Source of the DNA: a virus | Lineage: Duplodnaviria; Caudoviricetes | Length of the DNA: 52,432 nucleotides | Virus record (IMG/VR): IMGVR_UViG_3300025096_003559 | Coordinates: 1 to 52,432 of that record | Direction: 5' to 3' (one strand) | In this document: in pieces, positions 18,942 through 28,777 of the stretch | Position numbering within the stretch: the first letter of the stretch is position 1 | Layout: the number at the start of each line of letters is the position of its first letter | Notes under the pieces: model-generated | The model's database searches: none | The model's input: only the letters and a program-made list of their open reading frames with translations | Told to the model about the DNA's origin: nothing | Translations under genes and position numbers: made by a program

Positions 18942-20495
18942 TTATTCCTCTACTCTGAATTTAAACACATCTGAATATTCGTTCCAAGTTCCCACAGCAG
19001 AATCATAAAAAGCTACTTTTATCCCATAAGCGTATCCTGCTTGTAAAGTGGAAATGTCTAAATCAAAATAGCTACCGGAGAGATCATATGATAAATATGT
19101 ATGTCTGTCGCTACCTGTACCAAACGCAACAACATCTTTATCGTCAACTACTCTGACCACCTTAAAAGATGCGCTATCTAAATAAGTGAGTTGGGCAGTA
19201 TTGGTTGCTTTACTATATATTGTTGGATTCCAGTCTTTTTCTCTTGTATAGATTCTAAACTGCGCTGTCTCGTTTCTGTAATAAGTATCTCTTAAGTTGG
19301 TGATATTAAAGGCGTATTTTGGATATGGATTTATGACTGACGAGTCTAACGCTTTTGGTTTAATACTTCCTGTATGAAATACGGTGCTGCCAATTGCTGT
19401 TCCGGCACTGGATGTGTGCCAAACATCGAAGATTTTTGTCAAATTAACGCCTGGATAATATCCCGTGTTATTATCATTTGCAGCGGTTAATGCCAAAGAA
19501 CATGAATAGATTCCTGTTGAAACTTTACTCCCAGTGGCATTAATATGACCAGCGGTTGCAACTCCCCCCCCGACAGATAATGCAAGAGCAGAACCTGAAG
19601 TTTTTGTATTGTCGGTTGAGCCGGAAAAAAGGCTAACAAGGACTCTGTTATCACTGCCAAGACCGGGGAGATCTACTAATCTTCCTCGAACATAATTATA
19701 TAAATATAAAGTGTTTAGATTGTCTACGGCTGGTGCTAAGGAACTGCTATAATAAAAATTACCCCGATTATCCTTTTTAGTAGAATCCCAACGAGCTTCG
19801 ATTATTGGTCTTTTGAAAAAATATTCAGACCCTCTGGCAAAAAACTTTTTAGTGTAGGATGAGGAAGCCGCAGTTTCATTTAATAAAAAGATTCCCAGAC
19901 CATAATTATTTTTGCCCAAAGTAGAGCCACCGGCTCCAGCAGTTGATCCAGAAATCCATTGTTCAACCCAATCGCTAATATCGACTTCTAAGCCTTCCGT
20001 GCCATTATCAAAAGATGCAGTATATCTAGGCTCTGCGTGATAATCTCCACCGGCAGAGCCCCAATTTGTCACCCCAGCAGAATTACTATATGCAGAATTC
20101 CAATTGGCACTGCCGCTATCAGAATATGATTCCATATCAAGCCCAGTGCCTTCATCCCACGAACTTGATACTGCCGCAAGAATCATATTATAATTTCTAG
20201 GCAACGTAAAAGGGTGTTCTGCGTTAAACATACGAAGATAGAAGCTGACGCTTCCACTTGCAGGTATAACGCTATTGGTGCGATCTGTTTTTAATGAATT
20301 ACTGCCGGTTACATTAAATTTAACTAATATTCTTGAAAGCTCGACGGAGCCTGAGTCTTGTTGTCCATAAATTCTAAACACTTCGAGAGAATCGGACAAT
20401 CCCATATTTGAGCCCGTGCCACGGGCGATCAGATCGGACTTATAAGCATTTGTAATTGTTGTATCTGCAATTGCCGTATATCTTTTAATGCCCAT
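18942..20495 (-). CDS. Ser/Gly-rich beta-sandwich virion protein (DNRLRE/CBM96-like N-terminal pattern possible)
   Basis: 517 aa; SRILVKF, SWDEGTG, W..AGGD, DISDWVEQW, NYGL, RPIIE pattern; located between two baseplate genes. Confidence 0.5.
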   Translation of the reverse strand: MGIKRYTAIADTTITNAYKSDLIARGTGSNMGLSDSLEVFRIYGQQDSGSVELSRILVKFNVTGSNSLKTDRTNSVIPASGSVSFYLRMFNAEHPFTLPRNYNMILAAVSSSWDEGTGLDMESYSDSGSANWNSAYSNSAGVTNWGSAGGDYHAEPRYTASFDNGTEGLEVDISDWVEQWISGSTAGAGGSTLGKNNYGLGIFLLNETAASSSYTKKFFARGSEYFFKRPIIEARWDSTKKDNRGNFYYSSSLAPAVDNLNTLYLYNYVRGRLVDLPGLGSDNRVLVSLFSGSTDNTKTSGSALALSVGGGVATAGHINATGSKVSTGIYSCSLALTAANDNNTGYYPGVNLTKIFDVWHTSSAGTAIGSTVFHTGSIKPKALDSSVINPYPKYAFNITNLRDTYYRNETAQFRIYTREKDWNPTIYSKATNTAQLTYLDSASFKVVRVVDDKDVVAFGTGSDRHTYLSYDLSGSYFDLDISTLQAGYAYGIKVAFYDSAVGTWNEYSDVFKFRVEE

Positions 20496-22300
20496 TATTT
20501 AGCGGTACCTCGTAAGTCTGAATCGGGATATTTAATTTCAAAAATTACATTTTTTGGTGCTTTAACAAATCTTCCATCCGAAGTTGTCTGAGCTTTAACA
20601 TTAAACATTGTGGTGGCATATCCAACTCCGGTTTTCTGTACCGCAGTAACACTCATTGTATCTACTACACCAGTAATGGAGTTTAGAAGGCGATAAATAT
20701 CCGATGTGGACAAATCTTCCCCTACGTCATATAATCTATCAAAATATGCCCGTAGCGCACTGACACATCGGTCTAACACCACAGCTTTATTTGCATCCAA
20801 ACGTGCTATAATTTCAAAGTTTATCCCCAGATTAACAATCTTTGCATCTAAAATATCTACAGAGTCATTTATCATCCTTTTTGTAGAAATCCACGTTTTA
20901 ATATTTTGTTTAATGACGCTATTGGTCGTTTCTAAATAGCCGTTTGTTGAGCGGGATATTACGTATATATTAATATTTCTCAAGTTAGAATCTCGATCTT
21001 GTATTACAGCGCATTTATCAACGCTGCCAAATCTGGGGGGTATAGAATAAATAAATGCTTTGTAGTCTTCGGCAGTAACAATCCTATTTTGTGCTGAATA
21101 CACCCCCTGAATAAGTTCGCGCAATTCTTCAATATTCGGAGGAGATATATCACCTTGTATTGGTTTTTCGTTGGTCACCTCCAGTGACTGTTTAACAGTC
21201 TGCATTGTGGTTCGAACAAGATTAAGTCTATTGGGAAAATCCAATATTATGCTTCCAAGTTGCGTGACCGTTGCAGTGGCAGCATTAGACATTGCCGCTG
21301 TATTGGCACGGTAATCAACTCGGATCTCTGTGTTTGAAGGTCCAACTCCAAACTTATCCGTTTTGATAAGGACCGAAGGATCTAGAGCAATATCTGTAAC
21401 ATATGTTTTAGAATGCAGATCTAATACAATATCTCTCGTATTTGCAAGAGACACATTCGAAAGTTCAGAATCGGAACCGTATCCAAATACGATATCTGTG
21501 CCAAATCTGTTTCTTTCAACCCTGTATCTACGAGGTACAATTACTGGCTTAAGAATATTCGGAGCTTGGAGGCTGGTAGACGCATCATTGTTTGTGATAG
21601 GGACATAAATAATATTTTGTGCCAAATTTTCAACTTCAAAATAATCATGACCATCACCATCGGTTACTGCAAGGATTTCCGTTACGTTATTGCCCGGTAT
21701 TGTCAATTTCCTAAATTTAACAAAATCGCCAATATTTTCAAACAATTTTGTTCTGGTTTCCCCGGAAACCACGGGACCAGAGGCTTTAATAGCAAAATGC
21801 GTTGGATCGCCGGTTGTACTATTAGTCTTTGCGGTGACTTGTTCATTTGCGCCATCAGCAAAATTAATATCTTGCAATAATGTAAACTGTGCGCCATTGG
21901 TAGCGACAAGGGTTGAACCAGCTTTTAAAATTGGCATATAGTCTGAATCGGGACCGGTTGCGCTTGAGTTTGCAGGTACTAAAATATATGCAGTAACATG
22001 TCCATATGTTGCACGGGCTCCTTGATGAGCGTATCCCATTGTGGCACCATGTTTAATAATATTTTCATATTCTATGGCGGTTGCCAAAAAACTTTCGTTT
22101 GCCTGATAATCTAAATAAAACGATAGCATGTCTCCTATGTAAGATGTGGCATCCAACATAAGAGCACCGAAACCTGCATCCGTAAAATCTTGAAAAGTAT
22201 CTGGATAGTATCGTTTTGCATAATCTATTAAATCGGTTTTAATAGATTGAAAATCTCTACTCAAATAATTTATTTTTACATTGTCTCTGTTTAGCGCCAT
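20495..22300 (-). CDS. Baseplate wedge protein, T4 gp6 / baseplate J-like
   Basis: 601 aa; INYLSRDFQSIKTDLIDYAKRYYPDTFQDF, LSFYLDYQANESFL, AQNRIVTAEDY; directly follows the gp25-like gene. Confidence 0.85.
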   Translation of the reverse strand: MALNRDNVKINYLSRDFQSIKTDLIDYAKRYYPDTFQDFTDAGFGALMLDATSYIGDMLSFYLDYQANESFLATAIEYENIIKHGATMGYAHQGARATYGHVTAYILVPANSSATGPDSDYMPILKAGSTLVATNGAQFTLLQDINFADGANEQVTAKTNSTTGDPTHFAIKASGPVVSGETRTKLFENIGDFVKFRKLTIPGNNVTEILAVTDGDGHDYFEVENLAQNIIYVPITNNDASTSLQAPNILKPVIVPRRYRVERNRFGTDIVFGYGSDSELSNVSLANTRDIVLDLHSKTYVTDIALDPSVLIKTDKFGVGPSNTEIRVDYRANTAAMSNAATATVTQLGSIILDFPNRLNLVRTTMQTVKQSLEVTNEKPIQGDISPPNIEELRELIQGVYSAQNRIVTAEDYKAFIYSIPPRFGSVDKCAVIQDRDSNLRNINIYVISRSTNGYLETTNSVIKQNIKTWISTKRMINDSVDILDAKIVNLGINFEIIARLDANKAVVLDRCVSALRAYFDRLYDVGEDLSTSDIYRLLNSITGVVDTMSVTAVQKTGVGYATTMFNVKAQTTSDGRFVKAPKNVIFEIKYPDSDLRGTAK

Positions 22301-22315
22301 AAAATATCCTTTTAT

Positions 22316-22323
22316 TAAATATC
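22316..22323 (-). promoter_or_regulatory. Candidate late-promoter motif GATATTTA
   Basis: 15 nt upstream of the ATG at 22300, followed by an AGGA SD. Confidence 0.45.
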
Positions 22324-22324
22324 G

Positions 22325-22729
22325 CTATGATAAATTAATAGTAAGCGTTTCCGAAGTATAGTCAGAATATATTGAGTAATCTATTACTACATTAAGATAA
22401 TTTGAGGGCGAAGACGGTTCTACCGACGATCCTACACCAGCAGGATGTTCTTGCTGAAAGTGCACAGAATTTATTGTAATATATGGTACATATTTTCTGG
22501 CTTGCTCAAATATCCGGCTTCGCAAATTAAAAAATATATCTTCAGTTGCATTTTCAAATAAATATTGTCTTATGCCAACTCCGAAATCGGGAATCATAAT
22601 TCTTTCCCCTGGAGAAGTTAAAACTACCATTTTTAGATTTTGCCGAGCCACCGCTCGCAATGTTTTATTTAGAGCATACCCATCCTGGGAATCTCTATAT
22701 AGAGGTAGTTTTGGAGACTTGCCTGACAT
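22325..22729 (-). CDS. Baseplate gp25/GPW-like protein (sheath initiator)
   Basis: 134 aa; QNLKMVVLTSPGERIMIPDFGVGIRQYLFE is the GPW/gp25 signature; GGAGG SD. Confidence 0.88.
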   Translation of the reverse strand: MSGKSPKLPLYRDSQDGYALNKTLRAVARQNLKMVVLTSPGERIMIPDFGVGIRQYLFENATEDIFFNLRSRIFEQARKYVPYITINSVHFQQEHPAGVGSSVEPSSPSNYLNVVIDYSIYSDYTSETLTINLS

Positions 22730-22750
22730 TATCTATTATCCTCCAATATA

Positions 22751-22758
22751 TAAGTAGT
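22751..22758 (-). promoter_or_regulatory. Candidate late-promoter motif ACTACTTA
   Basis: 21 nt upstream of the ATG at 22729. Confidence 0.5.
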
Positions 22759-22779
22759 TTTATCTTAAAAGATCTGCAC

Positions 22780-25700
22780 CTAAGATATTCCAGATTTTTT
22801 AAGAAACGGATCTTCATAAGATAGATTCTGGAAACCATAAACAGCGCTTGTAAGGGCTTGTAATATTGAAAGTTTTGTTCTGGCAAGCATATCGTGTAAG
22901 TTGATCCCCCCAAACACTTCCTTGAATACAGCCGTATCTGACAAGGCTGCAAATTCATATAGTGACAATGCAGATACCATATCTTGTATGGGGAGCAAAT
23001 AATAAAAAAGTTCTTTATACTCTGGTAAATCCCACATCTCTTGCTTGAGATTATTCCAAATTTCTTCTGCGCGACCTGGGCTATCGCTTGGATCGAACGT
23101 TTCTGCCTGTTCGCACTCTGTTCGTAGTAATATCACTTTATCCCCCAAATTAGTTTCCACCTCCTTGAATGACCCAAAGTAGTCGGATGTGGTTCTCCGG
23201 GGGGTACCCGTGCCTTCTTCCCCTGCGCTTGTAACTGTTTGTGTAGCAGTCAGCAATGATAGCTGAAATCCCATTATGTGAGTCGTGGGGTCATAAAGTG
23301 TTTCAAATATAAATCTTGGAACGAGAGCCCCGCTAGCATCATCATCCTTTGTAACATACCGGTCTTTCCATTTTATAATGGTATCTAAATCATATAATGC
23401 GGCTTCCCACTCGTCTTCCGTCAGAGTGTCTCCCTGATTTATTACTCCGAATATCTTCTCTGTTAAAAATTCATCCCAGGATTTTCCACTGAGTGGAACG
23501 TGCAATGCCGCGCTTATCCCGCCTCTTAAGGTGTCGATCTCTTTTCTGATTATCTCTTTTAGTGCATATTTGCCGCCTGGATTCTGGGGCAACTGCGGAT
23601 CTTCTGTAATGCGCCGGAAGTCATAATATTTTAGTGCTGCCATTTTTGTCTCGTCAAACAACTTACCATGAATAGTCTCAAAATCAACTGTATATTGTTC
23701 TAGTTCATTTTTGATAGATTTATATACAGATGATACAAATAATTCACTATCCATAAAGGATAGATCAAATGCATTGCATATATGAATAGCGATCATTGCT
23801 TGTTCTACAATAAACAGACGTGTCAGTAATATGGTGGACACGATTGCGCTCGCTCTTCGTCCAGGGCTTATGTTGTCGCAAAATATTTCTTGCTCTGTAG
23901 CAGACGAAGGGTAGCTACCCAGAATAGGTCGTTGTTCTGACTCGGTTTTCGTTGTTAGAGAAAGTAGCCCTGTTGATAAATCTGTTGCAAAAGATTTAAG
24001 CTCCTCGTATCCAAGAATATCCGCAGCAGGGTAAGTAGGTGTTATTGTATCAAAGCTCGTTTCCCCCATCCCACTCTCGTTGCCCAGGGTGGTCCAGTCC
24101 TCGGTGGCGAGCGGGTCGGGATCAATGGAGTACTTTCCATCACCGATGTGTCGTGCGAATTGATCAAAGATATCTACAGTTATGTCATCTATCACATTTT
24201 CAGCAAGCTGGCGTTCCAGTCCGTAGTCTCGGGTGAAGTCGGTGCCCATGGCACCGCCGATCACTTCTGCAAACGCCGTTAGGACGGAAAAATTACTTTG
24301 AAGAACAAGTCCGCCCAGCCCGGAAAGCGTAATACCAAGAATGTCATCCGACAAGTTGTTTAAATTAATCATACGCAGCGCTGGGGTGTCACCAAGTGTA
24401 GAAAATCGCCTATATGCAAGTTTGCCGGTCGCTACTTTTCTTCCCAAAAAATTAGGGCTCGAAGAAATATTATATGCTTCGTCTTTATAATCCACCACGC
24501 TGGCTCCAGCAGATCTGCGATGGACCTTAACTAGTTTGTCACTAAACCCAGAACTGCGGACAACTGGTGTCTGCTCTCCTGCGGTCACCTCATATGTTAT
24601 TTTCTGAACTTGCATTTTAATGTATTTACCCTTATTTCCATATGTCTCCCAGCCAATGTTCCACTCTACACTCGGATCCGAGTACTGTGAGACGCGGATT
24701 CCACTTGGATAGTAGTTATAGGCGCGATCTGGGAATGTCATTTCCGTAGCATTTGACTCTAACTCCAGGTCTTCGGGGGTGAGATCCGTAACATAGCTCC
24801 CATCAATTCTGTCAATTAGCTCAACCCATTGGAGGGGGAAGTACCAATCTGATACATACGCATCGAGAAATTCGGCTCGATAATCGGGAACACCCTCCGC
24901 TTGGAAACCGGCGAAGATGGCGTCGGCATATCGATTGTACGATGGGTGTTTCTTGAGAACAACTGGCATGCCGTCATTATCAAATCCAGTGTCCTGGAGC
25001 ATTTGCTCAAATACAGAGTCGTCTTCGCCTGCTGTATTATCCGATAAAATATAAAATACCCCGTTCTCATCTATATTCATATCACCGTACTTCCTGGCGT
25101 GGTCTGAGGTCGTAGCACCCGGCGATCCGCCGACATCTACATCCTTACCAAAATCGTATTCAAAAACGTCGCCTTCAATTCTTTCTGACACGGCTGAAGC
25201 GATGGGTGGTTGGTTGTTTATTATATCATATCCGATGGTATAATCTCGATCCGAAAGATCGCCAGGATCGCCGGGGAGGTTGCATTTCGATGTTGCCTTG
25301 AACGCGGCTCCGAAAAGTTCATTGGGAGTCCACCCATACTCGTCTGCATAAAGCCTCTCATAAATATTAGGATACCGAGCCACTTCATAGTTAAAATTGC
25401 TCATTGCTACACCAAGCGGTCCTTCAATAGCTGTAGCGATTACCTCCTTCATAGCAGGTGGCAGTTCCGGTATTAAAGAGTCGCTTTGACCAAATAGAGA
25501 TGGAAAGGACGGAGCCATCGTACCATTCATAATCGTTTTTAATGTGTTATACAATGTACGAATTTTTTCTGTATTATGTTCGACTTCTTTGTTAATGATT
25601 TCGGCTATCTCGTCTTGAGTGAGTTGCGAGTCTTTTTCTGCCAGAAGCGCTTCTCGCAAAATTGTCGCGTCTGTCCCATCTCCCAAATGACAAAAATCTT

Positions 25701-27786
25701 TTGGTGGCGTTTTGGCTGGGTCTGGAGCGTATTCTAGAAACTCTGGCTTTATCATTCTGCCCATAGATGAAAACATGTCGGCAAACTCATATTTATCCTT
25801 AAACAAAGAACCAAAAGCTGGGTTTTGTGCTTTGAGACACTTGTATGCTACTGTCAACGTTTCTTCCGACGCTGTGCCCTGATATAACAATATTTGTTCA
25901 TCGGGAGAGGTTACAGCAGTGACTGCCGAGGTAGCGTTCCTTAAATCAGATAAAAATCCAGTCATTGCCTCGGGCGATACGAGGACTTCTTCGACTGCCC
26001 ACCCCTTTTCTGAAGTTGGCAAGTTAAGAGCCACGCCAGTATCTTCATATACAGCCAATCCAGATGAAATGCCCCGAGAAACCATATTGCCTACAGCGCC
26101 AATAAATCCAGTTCCACCAGCAGACGTTAATGCGTCTCCCCACGCTTTTGGATCATTTAAATCTTCGAAACTTACCCCGATGCTTTCTCCAAGCCAATCT
26201 TGAAAACCCGCTTTGACTGCTGCTGCACCGATTCCTTCGCCCAGAGCATCATCAAATATAACTTCACAAGAATTTTGTAGAATTCGCAATATTGCATCCG
26301 ATAGCGCCTTTACTAATGCGGCGTATAACTGTTCTATAGCTTTTTCAATAATCTCTGCCAAATAATCTAATGTTGGAAAATTATCTGGTATCTGTATGCC
26401 TTGGAATATTGGAAACCCAACTGATATATCAATATCTGGGGAGAAATTGCATTTTTCAAATCCGCAGCGGGCATTTACCATTTTTCCCAATGAGAGAGAA
26501 ACATCGATAAGTTCTCCTAAATCTTCGTCACCCTCAACAATGCTTTCTCCCACTAATGATATCGTTCTATCAATGTAACACTGTAACGCCTCATTAACCA
26601 TGCATGCAATATCAATTTTTGACAGTACATCGCCATACAATGTCCGTAGTGCCTCTTTTCCCACTGTGGAATCCAGCGGGACATCTCCACCTATGTTTTT
26701 GAATTTTTCCGTTAAGCTTTGGACGTTTTCAGATGATAGCGACATGTCACCTTTAAGTTTCTTAAGTTGACTTGCCGAGTCTCGCAAATTGCGCCTTGTT
26801 TCGGGATCAAGGTTAAATAGTCGATCTTCTTCAGCCAATTCTTCATCAGACTTACAAAGATTAATATCTATATCAAGCGATATTAGTTTCGCTAAATCGG
26901 CAAAACCAAAACTAATTCCCTTATCTGCGTATAAAGAAAGTCCATCAGTCCGCTTTTCTTTATCTCGTATTACCGGAGTTGGCAATGTAAAACGTGTTAA
27001 AAATGCAAAAATATTAAAAGTATTAATATCTCGTTGCATTAGGTGTTCGTGCATAGCATCAAGGTGCAATAAATAATTGGCAGTTGTTAAATGATTTATT
27101 ACATCATTGTTAATAAAACAGTCATATCCTATTGTGTGTTGTTCTCCTTCAATTAATGCATATATCCCTTTATATTCATAGGTATAACCAATTATTAATC
27201 GTCTATCAATTTCAGGCTCACAAGCTTCGAACTGGGATCGCTGTTGCATAATGCGATTTCTATTCAAATATCTATTAATTATGTTACTGGCACGCCGCAG
27301 CCTTTTTAGCTCAGCGAGAATATTAATATTTGAAATAAATTTAGAAGATCTTGCAAGAGCCGGAAGATATGATTCGATAATATCAACAACAAACTCTATT
27401 TGTGCCGCATAGTCATAAACCGATATAGATGCTTCTAGATAACCTTCTTCTGGTCTAATAATATCACAAGCGCTAACATCGTCGTCTACTTGATCAAAGA
27501 TAGATTGTGGAACCTTAACTAATACTTTCATTAAAACACAAGGCTTATAACTTACAAAATAGTCTGGTGTTTCTGAATTGTCAAAAAGTTCGGTAGTGTC
27601 TAGCACGGGAGGCGATAGCTTGCCATAAAATTGTAGCAGTTTTACGATCCCGTCGTATTTGGCTAGGTTGAGCCTATATTCTTTTTGATAGCCGGGGCTT
27701 TCATACTCGCTATCGACAACAATATAATAGCTGTCTTCCTCGCGCCAGGGGCTACATTCATCATGGTTGTGCCAGTTGTCAAGCAT
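22780..27786 (-). CDS. Large acidic hypothetical protein, probably virion-associated
   Basis: 1668-aa ORF between the spike-like and gp25 genes; start abuts the upstream stop; no motif recognised. Confidence 0.55.
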   Translation of the reverse strand: MLDNWHNHDECSPWREEDSYYIVVDSEYESPGYQKEYRLNLAKYDGIVKLLQFYGKLSPPVLDTTELFDNSETPDYFVSYKPCVLMKVLVKVPQSIFDQVDDDVSACDIIRPEEGYLEASISVYDYAAQIEFVVDIIESYLPALARSSKFISNINILAELKRLRRASNIINRYLNRNRIMQQRSQFEACEPEIDRRLIIGYTYEYKGIYALIEGEQHTIGYDCFINNDVINHLTTANYLLHLDAMHEHLMQRDINTFNIFAFLTRFTLPTPVIRDKEKRTDGLSLYADKGISFGFADLAKLISLDIDINLCKSDEELAEEDRLFNLDPETRRNLRDSASQLKKLKGDMSLSSENVQSLTEKFKNIGGDVPLDSTVGKEALRTLYGDVLSKIDIACMVNEALQCYIDRTISLVGESIVEGDEDLGELIDVSLSLGKMVNARCGFEKCNFSPDIDISVGFPIFQGIQIPDNFPTLDYLAEIIEKAIEQLYAALVKALSDAILRILQNSCEVIFDDALGEGIGAAAVKAGFQDWLGESIGVSFEDLNDPKAWGDALTSAGGTGFIGAVGNMVSRGISSGLAVYEDTGVALNLPTSEKGWAVEEVLVSPEAMTGFLSDLRNATSAVTAVTSPDEQILLYQGTASEETLTVAYKCLKAQNPAFGSLFKDKYEFADMFSSMGRMIKPEFLEYAPDPAKTPPKDFCHLGDGTDATILREALLAEKDSQLTQDEIAEIINKEVEHNTEKIRTLYNTLKTIMNGTMAPSFPSLFGQSDSLIPELPPAMKEVIATAIEGPLGVAMSNFNYEVARYPNIYERLYADEYGWTPNELFGAAFKATSKCNLPGDPGDLSDRDYTIGYDIINNQPPIASAVSERIEGDVFEYDFGKDVDVGGSPGATTSDHARKYGDMNIDENGVFYILSDNTAGEDDSVFEQMLQDTGFDNDGMPVVLKKHPSYNRYADAIFAGFQAEGVPDYRAEFLDAYVSDWYFPLQWVELIDRIDGSYVTDLTPEDLELESNATEMTFPDRAYNYYPSGIRVSQYSDPSVEWNIGWETYGNKGKYIKMQVQKITYEVTAGEQTPVVRSSGFSDKLVKVHRRSAGASVVDYKDEAYNISSSPNFLGRKVATGKLAYRRFSTLGDTPALRMINLNNLSDDILGITLSGLGGLVLQSNFSVLTAFAEVIGGAMGTDFTRDYGLERQLAENVIDDITVDIFDQFARHIGDGKYSIDPDPLATEDWTTLGNESGMGETSFDTITPTYPAADILGYEELKSFATDLSTGLLSLTTKTESEQRPILGSYPSSATEQEIFCDNISPGRRASAIVSTILLTRLFIVEQAMIAIHICNAFDLSFMDSELFVSSVYKSIKNELEQYTVDFETIHGKLFDETKMAALKYYDFRRITEDPQLPQNPGGKYALKEIIRKEIDTLRGGISAALHVPLSGKSWDEFLTEKIFGVINQGDTLTEDEWEAALYDLDTIIKWKDRYVTKDDDASGALVPRFIFETLYDPTTHIMGFQLSLLTATQTVTSAGEEGTGTPRRTTSDYFGSFKEVETNLGDKVILLRTECEQAETFDPSDSPGRAEEIWNNLKQEMWDLPEYKELFYYLLPIQDMVSALSLYEFAALSDTAVFKEVFGGINLHDMLARTKLSILQALTSAVYGFQNLSYEDPFLKKSGIS

Positions 27787-28758
27787 TTAATTCACCTTAT
27801 TGTACTTGCTTAGAATATAATTAGGAGATATCTGTGACAAGTATTGTTGGTGCCAATTAAACTGTAAATTCATTCTTTCTTTGAAGTTATCTACTAGGGC
27901 TTCGGCTTCATCCATTGCTGCATCGAGACATGCTCCAGGAAGTGATAGCGAGGGAGTAGTGGGGATGGTGGCTGGACCGATCTGGATGGCGTGGCTGTGC
28001 ATAGCAAGTCTTCCATTAACCTTTATCTGTGCAGCAAGAAACTCAAAAACAAAAGCGCTAACCGCTGCGACTCTCTCTTCCAGTTTAGAGAGCGCATCAG
28101 ATAAATTTTCGCCCTTGACCATATATTGTAATTCGCTCTCGTCATTACCAGCAACTAACTCAATACCACTAAATGCCGCTGTGCCACCGCGACTATCCTG
28201 ATTGTGCTGTCTGGTTATAAGTTTAATACCGTTTGCTCCAATAACGCGAATCGAATCTGCTTTGATACCAATTGCCGATTGATTTTCAGGATATCCAATA
28301 TCTGACCAGCCCCGAGTGCGAGACTGGCCATGACCGCTCCAGTGTTTTTCGCTTGTTTCGTTAGGAGTTATTAGATTAAAAGCGGTATCAATATCACATC
28401 TTTGAGAAATGTATATACGAGCAGCGTCTCCTTTAAAATTCGGATCTACCTTTTCGGCGGGTTCGCCTGTGCCCATTCCAACACATATGTCAATTGCGCT
28501 TGCTTGAGTTGCGCCACCGCCACCGTAGCCAGAGGATTTTCCGGCATAACGATCTCTTCCTAACCTTATCCAAGAATTTCCCTTATTGACAATCTCGTCG
28601 CCCACTGTTTTATTGAGCATTGGATAAGGCTCAAGCATGTCGTCGCAGAATAAACCTCTTCCTTGTGTGCCTTCCTGCCAACGTGGATCGCTCTTCTCCG
28701 CAACCTTTAGTGGAGCGAAGTTCTTAGGTTGATTCACATATTTTTCACTTTTCGACAT
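27787..28758 (-). CDS. Putative baseplate central spike (gp5-C / P2 gpV-like)
   Basis: 323 aa; short beta-repeat segments (WIRLGRD, ARIYISQ, AIGIKADSIRVIG, GIKLIT, GIELVAG) and a late HSH motif; preceded by peptidoglycan hydrolases. Confidence 0.5.
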   Translation of the reverse strand: MSKSEKYVNQPKNFAPLKVAEKSDPRWQEGTQGRGLFCDDMLEPYPMLNKTVGDEIVNKGNSWIRLGRDRYAGKSSGYGGGGATQASAIDICVGMGTGEPAEKVDPNFKGDAARIYISQRCDIDTAFNLITPNETSEKHWSGHGQSRTRGWSDIGYPENQSAIGIKADSIRVIGANGIKLITRQHNQDSRGGTAAFSGIELVAGNDESELQYMVKGENLSDALSKLEERVAAVSAFVFEFLAAQIKVNGRLAMHSHAIQIGPATIPTTPSLSLPGACLDAAMDEAEALVDNFKERMNLQFNWHQQYLSQISPNYILSKYNKVN

Positions 28759-28763
28759 AATAG

Positions 28764-28771
28764 TAAATAGT
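28764..28771 (-). promoter_or_regulatory. Candidate late-promoter motif ACTATTTA inside a triple ACTATT repeat
   Basis: 5 nt upstream of the ATG at 28758; no SD present. Confidence 0.45.
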
Positions 28772-28777
28772 TAATAG

